In this document: positions 27,430 to 37,399 of the stretch, piece after piece
How the letters are laid out: the number at the start of each line of letters is the position of its first letter
How positions within the stretch are numbered: position 1 is the stretch's first letter
NCBI GenBank assembly: GCA_041309605.1
Contig: JBFYZH010000115.1
Span: forward strand, 5,824 to 69,823
DNA: 64,000 nucleotides
Direction of reading: 5' to 3'
Origin: Candidatus Krumholzibacteriota bacterium
GTDB taxonomy: Bacteria; Krumholzibacteriota; Krumholzibacteriia; Krumholzibacteriales; Krumholzibacteriaceae
Position numbers and translations under genes: made by a program
Notes under the pieces: generated by a model
Databases searched by the model: none
What the model was told of the DNA's origin: nothing
What the model saw: only the letters and a program-made list of their open reading frames with translations

Positions 27430-28005
27430 TTATTTGCCGCGCCGCCCTTCCGTCCTGAAATCCCCGAGCATCCTGCCGAGCCTTTCGCGTGCCCTGAAAA
27501 GGATCGATTCGACGGCCGGAACCGTAAGGCCGGTGCTTTCGGCGATCTGGGCGTAGGTCATTTCCGCCGTAACGCGCAGCTCCAGGACCGCCCGCCATGC
27601 GGCCGGAAGCTTTTCGAGCGCCCTGCCGTAACGCTCCTGGAGCTGGGCGGTTTCGGCGTTCTCGTCGGGAAGGGCCGTTCTGCTTCCGACCTGCAGGATT
27701 TCTTCATCCCCGGCGAGATCCTCGAAGCCGACGAAGTCGCCGCTTTTCTGTTTTCTCCTGTGGTCGATGAGCAGGTTTGCGGCGACCCTGTAAAGGTACG
27801 TCCTGAAGGTCGCGTTCTCGCGGATCTCGTAGGCGGCTCCGAGCAGTTTGATGAAAAGCTGCTGGGTGAGATCCTCGGAATCCTCGATCGAACAGCCGGA
27901 TCTCAGGAAAAAATTGTAGAAAGGCGTGCGGTACCGTTCTACGAGAATGCGGAAGGCGTGGGTGTCGCCCCTGCGGATCATTTTTATGAGAGTGCGGTCG
28001 TCCAA
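27430..28005 (-). CDS. ECF (sigma-70 family group IV) sigma factor
   Basis: Region 2 'FRILVERYRTPFYNFFLR....DSEDLTQQLFIKL' and region 4 'LPAAWRAVLELRVTAEMTYAQIAESTGLTVPAVESILFRARERL'. Confidence 0.8.
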   Translation of the reverse strand: MDDRTLIKMIRRGDTHAFRILVERYRTPFYNFFLRSGCSIEDSEDLTQQLFIKLLGAAYEIRENATFRTYLYRVAANLLIDHRRKQKSGDFVGFEDLAGDEEILQVGSRTALPDENAETAQLQERYGRALEKLPAAWRAVLELRVTAEMTYAQIAESTGLTVPAVESILFRARERLGRMLGDFRTEGRRGK

Positions 28006-28038
28006 TTCGGTATCCCCCGGCTCGATGATTTCGGAGGC

Positions 28039-29886
28039 TCAGAGGGCGCAGGAGGTGTCGGGAGGCGCGGTTCTGTACGTATTTCTTTTCTGCGCGGACA
28101 GGATCGTCTTTTTCAGCCTGATCGATTTCGGCGTTATTTCGACCATCTCGTCGTCACGGATAAAATCCAGGGCCCACTCGATCGTTATCGGTCTTACGGC
28201 CGTCAAAACGACCGCTTCGTCCTTTCCCGCGGCACGCATATTGGAGAGTTTCTTCTCCCTCGCCTGGTTCACGTTGAGGTCGCCGTCGCGGTTGTGCTCG
28301 CCGATGATCATTCCTTCGTAGGCGGGATCTCCGGGCCGCACGAAGATCTGCCCGCGCGGTTCCAGGTTGAACAGGGCGTACGCCACGGCATTGCCCGGCC
28401 TGTCGGCGACAAGGGAGCCGGTGAACCTGGACTGGAAATCCCCCCTGTACTCCTCGTAATCCTCGAGGTAAGAGTTCATGATTCCCGTCCCCTTCGTGTC
28501 GGTGAGAAAATCGTTGCGGTAACCGATCAGCGACCGTGAAGGGATGGAAAATTCGATCCTCACGCGCCCGCTTCCGTTGTTGACGAGATTTGTCATTTTT
28601 CCTTTTCGCTGGGACAGCTTTTCCGCGACAACCCCGAGAAAACCCTCGTCGCAGTCTATGAAGAGCCGCTCGATCGGTTCGAGTTTGCGGCCGTTCCTGT
28701 ATTTGTAAATGACATGGGGGCGGCCGACGCAGAACTCGAATCCTTCGCGCCGCATCGTCTCTATCAATATGGCGAGCTGAAATTCGCCGCGGCCCTTGAC
28801 TATCATGCTGTCCCTGTCCTCGGACTCCTCGACCTGTATGGCCACGTTCATAAGCGTTTCCTTGTACAGGCGCTCGCGTATTTTCGCCGACTGCACGAAT
28901 TTTCCCTCCAGGCCGCTGAAGGGGGAATCGTTGATCGTGAATCTCATCGAGATGGTCGGTTCGTCCACGGTGATCCGCTTGAGGGGCTTTGGAGATTCCT
29001 TCGTGCAGATCGTATCGCCGATCTTCACGTCGTCGATCCCCGAAAGAACGACGATATCGCCCGGCTCGATCGAAAGGGCCGGCTTGAAGGTCATCCCTTC
29101 GTATTTCTGGAGTTTTGTGACCTTCAGCGGGATCTGTTGGTTGTCCGAATTGATGCACACCAGGTTCTTGTTCGAGCTCACCGTCCCGTTGACGATCTTT
29201 CCGATCGCGAGCCTGCCGAGGTAGTCCGAATATCCGAGATCGGATACGAGCATCTGGAACGGTTCCCTGGGGTCGTGAACCGGTGGGGGGACCTCATGGA
29301 GTATCGTGTCGAAGAGGATGTGAAGGTCGCCCGTTTTATCCGATATCTTTTTCTTCGCGACGCCGTCGCGGCCGATCGCGTACATGTATGGGAAATCGAC
29401 CTGGCCTTCGCTCGCGCCGAGGTCTATGAAGAGATCGTAAATGGCGTCGAGAACGACATCGGGCTGAGCGTCCTTGCGGTCGATCTTGTTGATCACCACG
29501 ATGACCTTAAGACCCGATTCGAGAGCCTTCTTTAGCACGAAACGGGTCTGGGGCAGCGGGCCTTCGCAGGCGTCAACGAGGAGCAGCGCGCCGTCCACCA
29601 TCGAAAGCGCCCTTTCCACCTCGCCGCCGAAATCGGAGTGCCCGGGCGTGTCGACGATGTTGATCTTTACGCCCTTCCACGAGACGGAGCAGTTCTTCGC
29701 GGCGATCGTGATCCCTCTTTCGCGCTCCAGGTCCATCGTGTCCATCAGCCGTTCGTTGACCGCCTGTCCCTCGCGGAACATCCCGCTTTGCTTGAACATC
29801 GCGTCCACGAGCGTGGTCTTGCCATGATCGACATGGGCGATTATGGCGATATTCCTGATCCCCGTATTTTTAACAAGCCGTTTCAT
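28039..29886 (-). CDS. typA: Translational GTPase TypA/BipA
   Basis: 'IRNIAIIAHVDHGKTTLVD', 'DTPGHSDF' and full-length colinear BipA architecture. Confidence 0.9.
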   Translation of the reverse strand: MKRLVKNTGIRNIAIIAHVDHGKTTLVDAMFKQSGMFREGQAVNERLMDTMDLERERGITIAAKNCSVSWKGVKINIVDTPGHSDFGGEVERALSMVDGALLLVDACEGPLPQTRFVLKKALESGLKVIVVINKIDRKDAQPDVVLDAIYDLFIDLGASEGQVDFPYMYAIGRDGVAKKKISDKTGDLHILFDTILHEVPPPVHDPREPFQMLVSDLGYSDYLGRLAIGKIVNGTVSSNKNLVCINSDNQQIPLKVTKLQKYEGMTFKPALSIEPGDIVVLSGIDDVKIGDTICTKESPKPLKRITVDEPTISMRFTINDSPFSGLEGKFVQSAKIRERLYKETLMNVAIQVEESEDRDSMIVKGRGEFQLAILIETMRREGFEFCVGRPHVIYKYRNGRKLEPIERLFIDCDEGFLGVVAEKLSQRKGKMTNLVNNGSGRVRIEFSIPSRSLIGYRNDFLTDTKGTGIMNSYLEDYEEYRGDFQSRFTGSLVADRPGNAVAYALFNLEPRGQIFVRPGDPAYEGMIIGEHNRDGDLNVNQAREKKLSNMRAAGKDEAVVLTAVRPITIEWALDFIRDDEMVEITPKSIRLKKTILSAQKRNTYRTAPPDTSCAL

Positions 29887-30148
29887 CGACGAACCTTCAT
29901 GCGTTGAGATTCTTCATCCGCGCGGAACGGCCCGGCCTTTTGTCCCTGTCCGCCCGTTCCGCCTGTGGCCGGTAGGGGACAGCGCCGGTCCGCCCGAAGG
30001 GGCGGGAATTTGTCCACGAAAGATAAGCTTTTCCGGCGCCGTGTCAACAGCCAAGAAAAGGGAGCCGCCGGAGGAAGAAAGGGATTGCCCTCGGAAAAGG
30101 GGGGGGCGCCGCGTGATCCGGGGGGAGGTCGATCGGGGAGAGAGGCGC

Positions 30149-30964
30149 TCAGGCCCCTGAATTCTCCCGCCCCGCGATGAACCCCCGGACCGTCCGGTAA
30201 AGCCCTTCGGGGTTCTCCGTGGCCATGGAGTGTCCGGCCCCGGCTATGTAAAACAGGGGCACCCCCGAGGCCTGGAGCAGTTTCTCGGCCGGGTAAAGTC
30301 CCCGGTTTCTTTCTCCATATATATAGCACGCGTTTTTCAGCCGGGACAGCCTGCCGACGAGCGCCGAAGTGGAGCCTTCCACCGTGTGAACGGCGCTGCG
30401 ATACAGCGCGGTCCCTGAAGCGGTCGAAAAGGTTTCGAGGTATTCGAGGAGAACGGGGTCCTCCAGGCCGGCTTCCTCGAATTCCCTCTCGAGCTCCTCT
30501 CTTCCGAACCCGACGAAATCCTCCAGCGACATGTCGGCGACCCTTCCCGTCATGAAGCAGTCTTCCCGAAGCAGGTTCCCCTCCAGGTCGGCGAACGAAA
30601 GGACGCGGCCGGACGCCGTTTCGGCCATATTCATCCCCACAAGGCCGCCCATCGAATGCGCGACAAGGTGGAACGATTCGATTTTCAGTTCGTCGAGCGC
30701 CAGGAGCGTGACGCGGGCCTGTTCGTCCATCCCGTATCCGAAATCATCCGGGGCGCGGCTCCGGCCGAACCCGGGCAGGTCGATCGCCGCCAGCGTGAAA
30801 TCCTCGAGGAAGGGCGAATCGAAGGCGTGCCGGAAATGTTCCTTCGCCGATCCGAATCCGTGGATGAAAACAACGGTCCCGCCACGCCTTTCCGATACGC
30901 GGCAGGCGATCTCGAACCCTCCGGGGACTTTCAGGATTTTGTCGTTTGCGTTCATGCGCGTCAT
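30149..30964 (-). CDS. Alpha/beta hydrolase fold protein
   Basis: 'VVFIHGFGS' and nucleophile elbow 'AHSMGG'. Confidence 0.7.
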   Translation of the reverse strand: MTRMNANDKILKVPGGFEIACRVSERRGGTVVFIHGFGSAKEHFRHAFDSPFLEDFTLAAIDLPGFGRSRAPDDFGYGMDEQARVTLLALDELKIESFHLVAHSMGGLVGMNMAETASGRVLSFADLEGNLLREDCFMTGRVADMSLEDFVGFGREELEREFEEAGLEDPVLLEYLETFSTASGTALYRSAVHTVEGSTSALVGRLSRLKNACYIYGERNRGLYPAEKLLQASGVPLFYIAGAGHSMATENPEGLYRTVRGFIAGRENSGA

Positions 30965-31266
30965 GCCGATCCTTCCGTTCGAGGTTGCCGGGGATGCTGC
31001 CGCCCGGGCCGGTTATCATTGTAACACGCGGTGTCAAAGGGAGCGGAATGCATGTCAAGGCGGGCGGCGGCGCGGCAGGCGAACATCGTAACACGCCTCG
31101 CGGCCCATATATCTCTTGAATCGCCGACCATTTGGAGTACAATCCGTAAGGTTCAGGATATTTCGGCTTCGGGGGGTCCGAAAATCGTGAATAATCACGG
31201 GTCTTTTCTGTATATCTGTATATCAGTATGGAATCGACGCGGCAAACTTAAAAAAAGGGGGTCGAA

Positions 31267-32139
31267 ATGCTTTATTATGTCATCGGGGCGTTCGTGATTT
31301 TCATCTTCCTCTCCGGGATAAGGATAATCAGGCCGACGCACAGGGGACTGGTCGAACGGATGGGTAAATACCAGCGTTTCGGGCAGCCGGGATTTCACTG
31401 GATCATCCCCATCATCGACCGGATGGTCAGGATCAACGTCACCGAGCAGATGATCGACGCGCAGCCCCAGGAGATCATCACCAACGACAACCTGAACGCC
31501 CGCGTGGACGCGCAGGTCTATTTCAAGGTGAAACCGGACGAGGATAGCGTCAAGAGCTCTCAGTACAACGTGAACGATTACAAGTACCAGATCGTAAACC
31601 TGGCCAGAACGACCCTGAGGAACATCATCGGAACCCTCACTTTGAAATCGGCGAACAGCGAGAGGGACAAGATAAACGGCGAACTGCTCAATACCCTGGC
31701 GAAGGAGACGCAGAGCTGGGGGATGGAGATCGTGCGCACCGAGCTCAAGGAGATCGATCCGCCCAAGGACGTGCAGGAAACGATGAACAAGGTCGTCAAG
31801 GCGGAGAACGAAAAGATCGCCGCCCTCGACTTCGCGAACGCTGTGGAAAGGGAGGCGGACGGCACGAAGAGGTCGGAGATCAAGAAGGCCGAAGGTATAA
31901 GGCAGGCGAAGATCCTCGCCGCCGAGGGCGAAGCCGAGGCGATAAGGCTGGTCAACGAGGCGGCCAACAGGTATTTCGTCGGAAACGCGCAGCTTCTGCG
32001 CAAGCTCGAGGCGGTCGAGAACGCCCTTAGAAACAACGCGAAGATCGTCGTTCCGCTCGATTCGGAACTGGTCAACGTGATAGGGGACCTTTCCGGCGTG
32101 CTGCCTATGAGGCGCGGCGAGGGGAAACAGCAGCAGTAA
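31267..32139 (+). CDS. SPFH/band-7 (stomatin/prohibitin-like) membrane protein
   Basis: N-terminal TM, then 'RGLVERMGKYQR..GPGFHWIIPIIDRMVRINVTEQ' and a coiled-coil C-terminus. Confidence 0.85.
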   Translation: MLYYVIGAFVIFIFLSGIRIIRPTHRGLVERMGKYQRFGQPGFHWIIPIIDRMVRINVTEQMIDAQPQEIITNDNLNARVDAQVYFKVKPDEDSVKSSQYNVNDYKYQIVNLARTTLRNIIGTLTLKSANSERDKINGELLNTLAKETQSWGMEIVRTELKEIDPPKDVQETMNKVVKAENEKIAALDFANAVEREADGTKRSEIKKAEGIRQAKILAAEGEAEAIRLVNEAANRYFVGNAQLLRKLEAVENALRNNAKIVVPLDSELVNVIGDLSGVLPMRRGEGKQQQ

Positions 32140-32221
32140 GGCTGACAGGACATGGGCTCCGGACCGGATCGCCTGCGCGCGGATTCCGGTCCGGGGCGGC
32201 TACCCGCAGTGGAGGAGAGGC

Positions 32222-32437
32222 GTGAAACGAAACTCCGCTCTGAAGGCGGTCAACCTGATCGCAGCGGTAATGCTGCTCAACCAGGTCGTGACCGGGCTGG
32301 CCCACGAAAGCATCCCGTACGAAACCTTCGAACTGGTTCACGCATCGGCCGGGCTGGTCTTCGCCGCGGCCGCGATCGCGCACCTGATCCTTAACTGGAA
32401 TTGGGTGAAGACCAGTTATTTCAGGAGGACAAAATGA
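32222..32437 (+). CDS. Small 2-TM membrane protein (71 aa, DUF4405-like)
   Basis: Two hydrophobic helices. 'HLILNWNWV' motif. Confidence 0.35.
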   Translation: MKRNSALKAVNLIAAVMLLNQVVTGLAHESIPYETFELVHASAGLVFAAAAIAHLILNWNWVKTSYFRRTK

Positions 32438-32518
32438 CCTGCGGGCGGGGTGCGCGGTGACGACCTGTGCTTGAAGCGCGCCGCGAACGGCGCTCCCGGC
32501 GCGCCGCGAACGGCGCGG

Positions 32519-33313
32519 TCAGTCCCTTATCCCCATCCATTCAAGGGCTTTTTCCAGCGGCGCGCGCACGATCGTGTGTCCGCCGTCGAAAAGAACCAGT
32601 TCGACATCGTAGCCGAAATCTTTCAGCTTCTGTCCGGCGTTGACCGCCGCCTGGTATCCGATCGTATCGTCGTCGCGGCCGTGCGCGATGAAAACCTTGA
32701 GATTCCTGCCGTTTCTTATGATCTCGTCGGTCAGGAGCCAGTCGTACTCCGCGGGGTCGGGCATCTTCCCGCCGAAACATATTATCCCGTCGAATATCCC
32801 GGGATTCCGTATACCGGTCACGTAGGCCCAGCCGGCGCCCTGTGAAAATCCGAAGAGGCAGATTTTGTCGATGCGGTATTTACCGCAGAGGAAGTCGGCC
32901 ACCCTGACTATGAATTCGGGTATCCACGGATCGGCTTCCTTCCAGAGACCGGTGTCGTCGCCCTTGAATTCCCAAGAGTACTGGCGCGTCGATTCCATCG
33001 TGAGGTCGCTTAAGGGATATGGAGCCTCGGGCACCGCATAGATGAAGGATTGCGGTTCGAGATAATCCCATATCCTCGAAAAGCCCCTGGCGCTTCCGCC
33101 GTAGCCGTGAAGTCCGATCACGAGCGGATACGCCGTGGCCGAATCGTAATCCGCGGGAAAATAGACCCTGCACTTCTGCAGTTTCCTCACCTCGATGTGG
33201 AAGATCGTGCAATCGCTTTCAACGGTCGCCGCGGCTGGCCCGGTCGTTTCGGCCCGGGCGGCCGGAGCGAAGGCGAGAGGGCACAGGCAGAGAAAGAGTG
33301 CCGCGGTTATCAT
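32519..33313 (-). CDS. Secreted carboxylesterase/phospholipase-type alpha/beta hydrolase
   Basis: Signal 'MITAALFLCLCPLAFAPAARA', 'LHGYGGS', 'GFSQGAG' nucleophile elbow, 'HGRDDDTI'. The track's longer 677-aa ORF is an upstream in-frame extension antisense to the 33479 gene. Confidence 0.75.
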   Translation of the reverse strand: MITAALFLCLCPLAFAPAARAETTGPAAATVESDCTIFHIEVRKLQKCRVYFPADYDSATAYPLVIGLHGYGGSARGFSRIWDYLEPQSFIYAVPEAPYPLSDLTMESTRQYSWEFKGDDTGLWKEADPWIPEFIVRVADFLCGKYRIDKICLFGFSQGAGWAYVTGIRNPGIFDGIICFGGKMPDPAEYDWLLTDEIIRNGRNLKVFIAHGRDDDTIGYQAAVNAGQKLKDFGYDVELVLFDGGHTIVRAPLEKALEWMGIRD

Positions 33314-33478
33314 CGCATGTCCCAACGACGCCTCCCTGTATGGCGCAAAGTAAAACCAATTTCCATGTAAATATAACAGGCCCCGATCGATATTTCCCGT
33401 GGAAATTATCCTGTACATCGCCGCCCGTAAAACTGGTATAGTTTTCCCGGGGAGAGAATCCGGACAAGGAGGAGGACT

Positions 33479-34483
33479 ATGAAAAAAATCGTCATTGCGT
33501 GCCTGGTGTTCATTTCCTTTTTTACTGTGGCCGCCATCAAGGCGCGCGCCGGGGGCGATTCGGGAAAAGAGGCCGTGGTTTTCGCCACCTTCGCCGAAGA
33601 CGGCTCCCAGCTCGTCAATATCGCTATAATGGTCGAGAGCATCCGCGCATTCGCCGGCGCCTTCAGCGGCGCGCCGATCTGGCTGTACATGCCGGAAGAA
33701 CTGAAAGCGGCGCAGGGCGAATCGATAGAAAAACTCGCCGCGATGGGCGTGGAGGTAAGATTCGGCGAGGCTCCGCCGGACGCGCTGTGGCTGCCGTTCG
33801 CGCGCAAGGTGTTCGCCTCGGCGGCGGCGGAAAAGGCGGCGGCTGGAAGAGCCGATATCCTGGCCTGGCTCGACGACGACACGATCGTCCTCGCGCAACC
33901 GGACGATTTCATGCTTCCTGAAGGGAAATCCCTCGGTTACCGGCCGGTCATGCACAGGAATATAGGGCAGCTTTACGGCGAAACCCTCGACGCATTCTGG
34001 GGACGGGCTTTCGAACTGATGGGCGTCGGCGCAAACGCCTTCTTTCCGATGGTCACGCCGGCCGACTCCGACACGATACGGCCCTACTTCAACGCCGGAT
34101 GCCTGGCGGTCAGGCCGGAGCGCGGGTTGCTCGGAAAGTGGGCGGAGTTTTTCCCGGTCCTGTACGGGGACGAGGCTCTGGCCGGCATGTGCAGGGAGAA
34201 TGCGGGAAAAAGGATATTCATCCATCAGGCCGCCCTGGCGGGAGCGATACTGGAACATCTCGAACGCGGCGAAATGCTGGAACTTCCGGCAACGTTCAAT
34301 TATCCGGTTTTCTTCAAGGAGATGTTCGGAGCGAAGCGCGAGTTCGACGACCTTACGGGAGTAGTGACGCTGAGGCACGAGTCGTTTTTCAGGAACCCTT
34401 CGCCCGGCTGGCGCGAGAAGCTTCATGGCCCGGCCGGCAGGGTGGAGTGGATAAAAGAGCGGTTCGGCAGGAAGGTGAACTGA
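33479..34483 (+). CDS. Secreted hypothetical protein (334 aa)
   Basis: Strong RBS GGAGGAG and signal peptide 'MKKIVIACLVFISFFTVAAIKA'. No recognised domain. Confidence 0.5.
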   Translation: MKKIVIACLVFISFFTVAAIKARAGGDSGKEAVVFATFAEDGSQLVNIAIMVESIRAFAGAFSGAPIWLYMPEELKAAQGESIEKLAAMGVEVRFGEAPPDALWLPFARKVFASAAAEKAAAGRADILAWLDDDTIVLAQPDDFMLPEGKSLGYRPVMHRNIGQLYGETLDAFWGRAFELMGVGANAFFPMVTPADSDTIRPYFNAGCLAVRPERGLLGKWAEFFPVLYGDEALAGMCRENAGKRIFIHQAALAGAILEHLERGEMLELPATFNYPVFFKEMFGAKREFDDLTGVVTLRHESFFRNPSPGWREKLHGPAGRVEWIKERFGRKVN

Positions 34484-34577
34484 CCCGGTCCGCGTGAGAC
34501 CGGGAAGGGCATTTCGATGACTCCGCGAAAGGCGGATCTGCCGCCCGGACAATGGCTGCGCGCCGAGGGCGCCGGGG

Positions 34578-35939
34578 TTATTTCAATCCTGACGGCACTC
34601 GCGGAGTCGACAGGATTTCCCCGAATTCCCTCCACCGTTCGGCCCGCTGGTCCTCCGAAGGATACTTTCCCTCGATATATGCCTTCACCAGGTCGTACCC
34701 GACATAATAGTTGATTATGTAACTTCTGAACTGGTCGAAGAAGGTGACCAGCTTGCGCGCCCGGTCGGGCGACAGCAGCGCGTAGGAAGAAAGGTAACCG
34801 GCCGTTTCTTCGGCGCTCGCCTTCCCGTCGAGGTAGCGGCGCGCCGCCTCCATCCGGGATTGTCCCAGGAGTCTCGTCAGTTCCTGTATCTCCGAGTAGA
34901 TTTCAGCCTTTCCAGGATCCAGTCCGGCAAGGGGGTAGAGGATATCGCGTTCGTAGGCGAGCCGTTCTCCGCCGGGAAAGAGCATCTCGATGCCGTAGTT
35001 CGCCGTTCCTTCGGCAAGGAGCGACTGCGGGCTGAAAAGCGGGTAGACGGTGAATTCGACCCAGCCCCTCTTTTTCGACAGGTTCTCCTCGAGAAGGAGG
35101 TTGTAGACGTGATGTCCAGGGTATCCCTCGTGACAGGCGAGGCCCAGAGGCGCGTCGATATAGGTCGGAAGATCGGTGTTCACCTGAATCAGGCTGTGGC
35201 CGTTTCCCTTGTACCAGTTGTATGCACCCCACGAGGTTCCGGTGACATACTCGATGTCGAACGATTCCCCCTCGGGCAGGTCGATGAATTCCTTCGTCCT
35301 TTTCCTCGCTTCCTCGATGACGGTGGCGAAGACGGCGCCCAGTTTTTCCCCGGGTATGATGAAATCCTTCCTGAAGTTTTCGAGCCTTTCCGGCAGCGTG
35401 CCGTCCGACGGGGGCAGGAGCGATTCGATCCGTTCCAGCGCGCCCTTGAAAACGCCCTCATCGAAGGCGGGGATATCGACGTCGTAGAGGGCTTTCGATT
35501 CGGAGTCGAAATCGAGTCTCGCGCCGCCGAGTATCCTGGAATAAGTTAGCAGCGCCTCCACCTGCCTGACGAGAAATGCATGCCTGAGGCCCAACATTTT
35601 TTCGGCGCCGGCGATGTCCGGTTCGTTGAGCCGCGTCAGCAGGGAGGAGGCGTCTTTTTCTATGCTTTCAAGCGGAAGGCTGTCCCGGGCGGCCTCCTCC
35701 CGCCAGGACTCGGGGCCGTAGTAGGCGTCCACGTACATCCGGTCGTGGCAACCCGTGGCAAGAACCAGCTTCACGTATCGTTCCGCTATCAGGTTCATCG
35801 TCGACTCGCATTCGGTTACGGGTGAATGTTGCGGCGTTTCGCATTCCGGGCCCGCGAACGCGGCGAACGCGGCAAAAAAGAACGAAAACAGGATCGGCAG
35901 CAGAAGCGCCGAAAGGCGGGCGCGCGAGTGATTGGCCAT
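34578..35939 (-). CDS. DUF885-family putative metallopeptidase, secreted
   Basis: 'HEGYPGHHVY' DUF885 signature. Signal peptide. Confidence 0.6.
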   Translation of the reverse strand: MANHSRARLSALLLPILFSFFFAAFAAFAGPECETPQHSPVTECESTMNLIAERYVKLVLATGCHDRMYVDAYYGPESWREEAARDSLPLESIEKDASSLLTRLNEPDIAGAEKMLGLRHAFLVRQVEALLTYSRILGGARLDFDSESKALYDVDIPAFDEGVFKGALERIESLLPPSDGTLPERLENFRKDFIIPGEKLGAVFATVIEEARKRTKEFIDLPEGESFDIEYVTGTSWGAYNWYKGNGHSLIQVNTDLPTYIDAPLGLACHEGYPGHHVYNLLLEENLSKKRGWVEFTVYPLFSPQSLLAEGTANYGIEMLFPGGERLAYERDILYPLAGLDPGKAEIYSEIQELTRLLGQSRMEAARRYLDGKASAEETAGYLSSYALLSPDRARKLVTFFDQFRSYIINYYVGYDLVKAYIEGKYPSEDQRAERWREFGEILSTPRVPSGLK

Positions 35940-36118
35940 TTGAAATCATCCTCCGTGCTATATGCGTATACAAGGCCCGGCGCCCTCCCCGGCGGGAATC
36001 GCGGGGCGCCCGGGCGCCGGCGGGTCCGGGCGGATTATCCGTTGAATCCGCCGTCCGAGTCAATATGTATGCAAACTTCCTCTTGTACCTTTCCGGCAGG
36101 TGGAATTAGATTCATCCC

Positions 36119-37066
36119 ATGAGGGATTTCAGGGAAATGATGGAATCGTCCAGGGTCGTGCTCACCGAGGGCGGCGTGATAGAGAGGGTCCGAAGGAGCA
36201 ATCCCGCCCTGCTCGACCCTTTCATCCTGCACGCGGGGATGGTGTACGAGGAGGCGGGCAGAAAGATCCTCGGAAACATCTACAGGGAGTACATGGAAAT
36301 CGGCCGAATTTACGGCCTTCCGTTCATCAGCCTCGCGCCTACGTGGCGTGCGAATCCAGAACGCCTCGCGCTGTCGGGTTATTCCGGGCATCCCGACATC
36401 GTCTTCGACTGCGTCGATTTTATCGACGCGATAAGGCAGGATCGCGCGGATCAATCCCGGTCGATATTCATCGGAGGGATGATGGCCTGCAGGGGGGACG
36501 CGTACCGTCCTTCGGAGGCGTTGTCCAAAAAGGAGTCGATCATCTTCCACCAGCGGCAGGCAAAGGAGCTTGCCACCAGCGCCGCGGACTTCGTCATGGC
36601 GGCGACCCTGCCGGCATATTCCGAAGCCTGGGGTATCGCCTCGGTCCTTGCGCGCCACGACCGGCCGTACGTGTTGAGTTTTGTCGTGAGGTCCGACGGG
36701 ACACTTCTTGACGGGACTCCCCTGATCGAAGCGGTCGATTCGATAGATTCGCAGATCGATCCGCCGCCATTCTTCTACATGATAAACTGCGTACATCCGG
36801 CGATATTCGAAAAGGCCTTTCTCGCCGTACGGAAATCGTCGGAAGCCGCGGCGGGACGGATTCTCGGCCTGCAGGCAAACACCTCGGCGAGGGATCCCGG
36901 GGAACTCGAGGGTCTTCCATTCCTCGATACCTCGGAGCCGGGAGAGTTCGCGGATCTTATGGCGGGCGTTCACCGGAGTTTGGGAATAAAGGTTCTCGGC
37001 GGCTGCTGCGGCTCGGACGCGAGCCACATCGCCGCGATCGCCGAAAGGGTGTGCCGCGGGTCCTGA
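36119..37066 (+). CDS. Homocysteine S-methyltransferase
   Basis: 'LTEGGVIERV', 'GGCCGSDASHIAAI' C-terminal Zn/Cys motif. Confidence 0.8.
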   Translation: MRDFREMMESSRVVLTEGGVIERVRRSNPALLDPFILHAGMVYEEAGRKILGNIYREYMEIGRIYGLPFISLAPTWRANPERLALSGYSGHPDIVFDCVDFIDAIRQDRADQSRSIFIGGMMACRGDAYRPSEALSKKESIIFHQRQAKELATSAADFVMAATLPAYSEAWGIASVLARHDRPYVLSFVVRSDGTLLDGTPLIEAVDSIDSQIDPPPFFYMINCVHPAIFEKAFLAVRKSSEAAAGRILGLQANTSARDPGELEGLPFLDTSEPGEFADLMAGVHRSLGIKVLGGCCGSDASHIAAIAERVCRGS

Positions 37067-37116
37067 GGCGCGATCCCGCGCGGGGCCCGCGTAACGAAAA
37101 AAAAGGAGAGAACGGA

Positions 37117-37308
37117 ATGGGTATCCTATGGGAGATCGTTCAGTCGGGTTTTATTTACGGGCAGAAACGCAAGTCGGACACGATCGATGACAGGGTCCTC
37201 TTTCTCGAGCAGCAATTGTCGGCGACGCAGAAGACCATGCGCGATCTCGTCGCCAAGCTCGAGGAGATCCTGAAGACCGACGTCGACGGAAACGGAAGGG
37301 TCGGGTAG
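37117..37308 (+). CDS. Small hypothetical protein (63 aa)
   Basis: RBS AAAAGGAGAG before ATG. Coiled-coil-like 'LFLEQQLSATQKTMRDLVAKLEEILK'. Confidence 0.3.
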   Translation: MGILWEIVQSGFIYGQKRKSDTIDDRVLFLEQQLSATQKTMRDLVAKLEEILKTDVDGNGRVG

Positions 37309-37399
37309 CTCGTTCAACGAAGGTCCTTGCCGGCGGCTCTTTGCCCGGTCGCAAACCGGCACGGGAAGATTTCATGAGACATCATGCCCGAAAGGAGCG

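Noticed and set aside
28154-29158. 334-aa minus-strand alternative-frame ORF
   Set aside because: Out-of-frame overlap of typA. Arg-rich and low complexity.
32519-34552. 677-aa ORF for the esterase
   Set aside because: Only the C-terminal 264 aa form a coherent secreted esterase starting at MITAALF (33313). The upstream 400 aa are antisense to the well-supported 33479..34483 gene.
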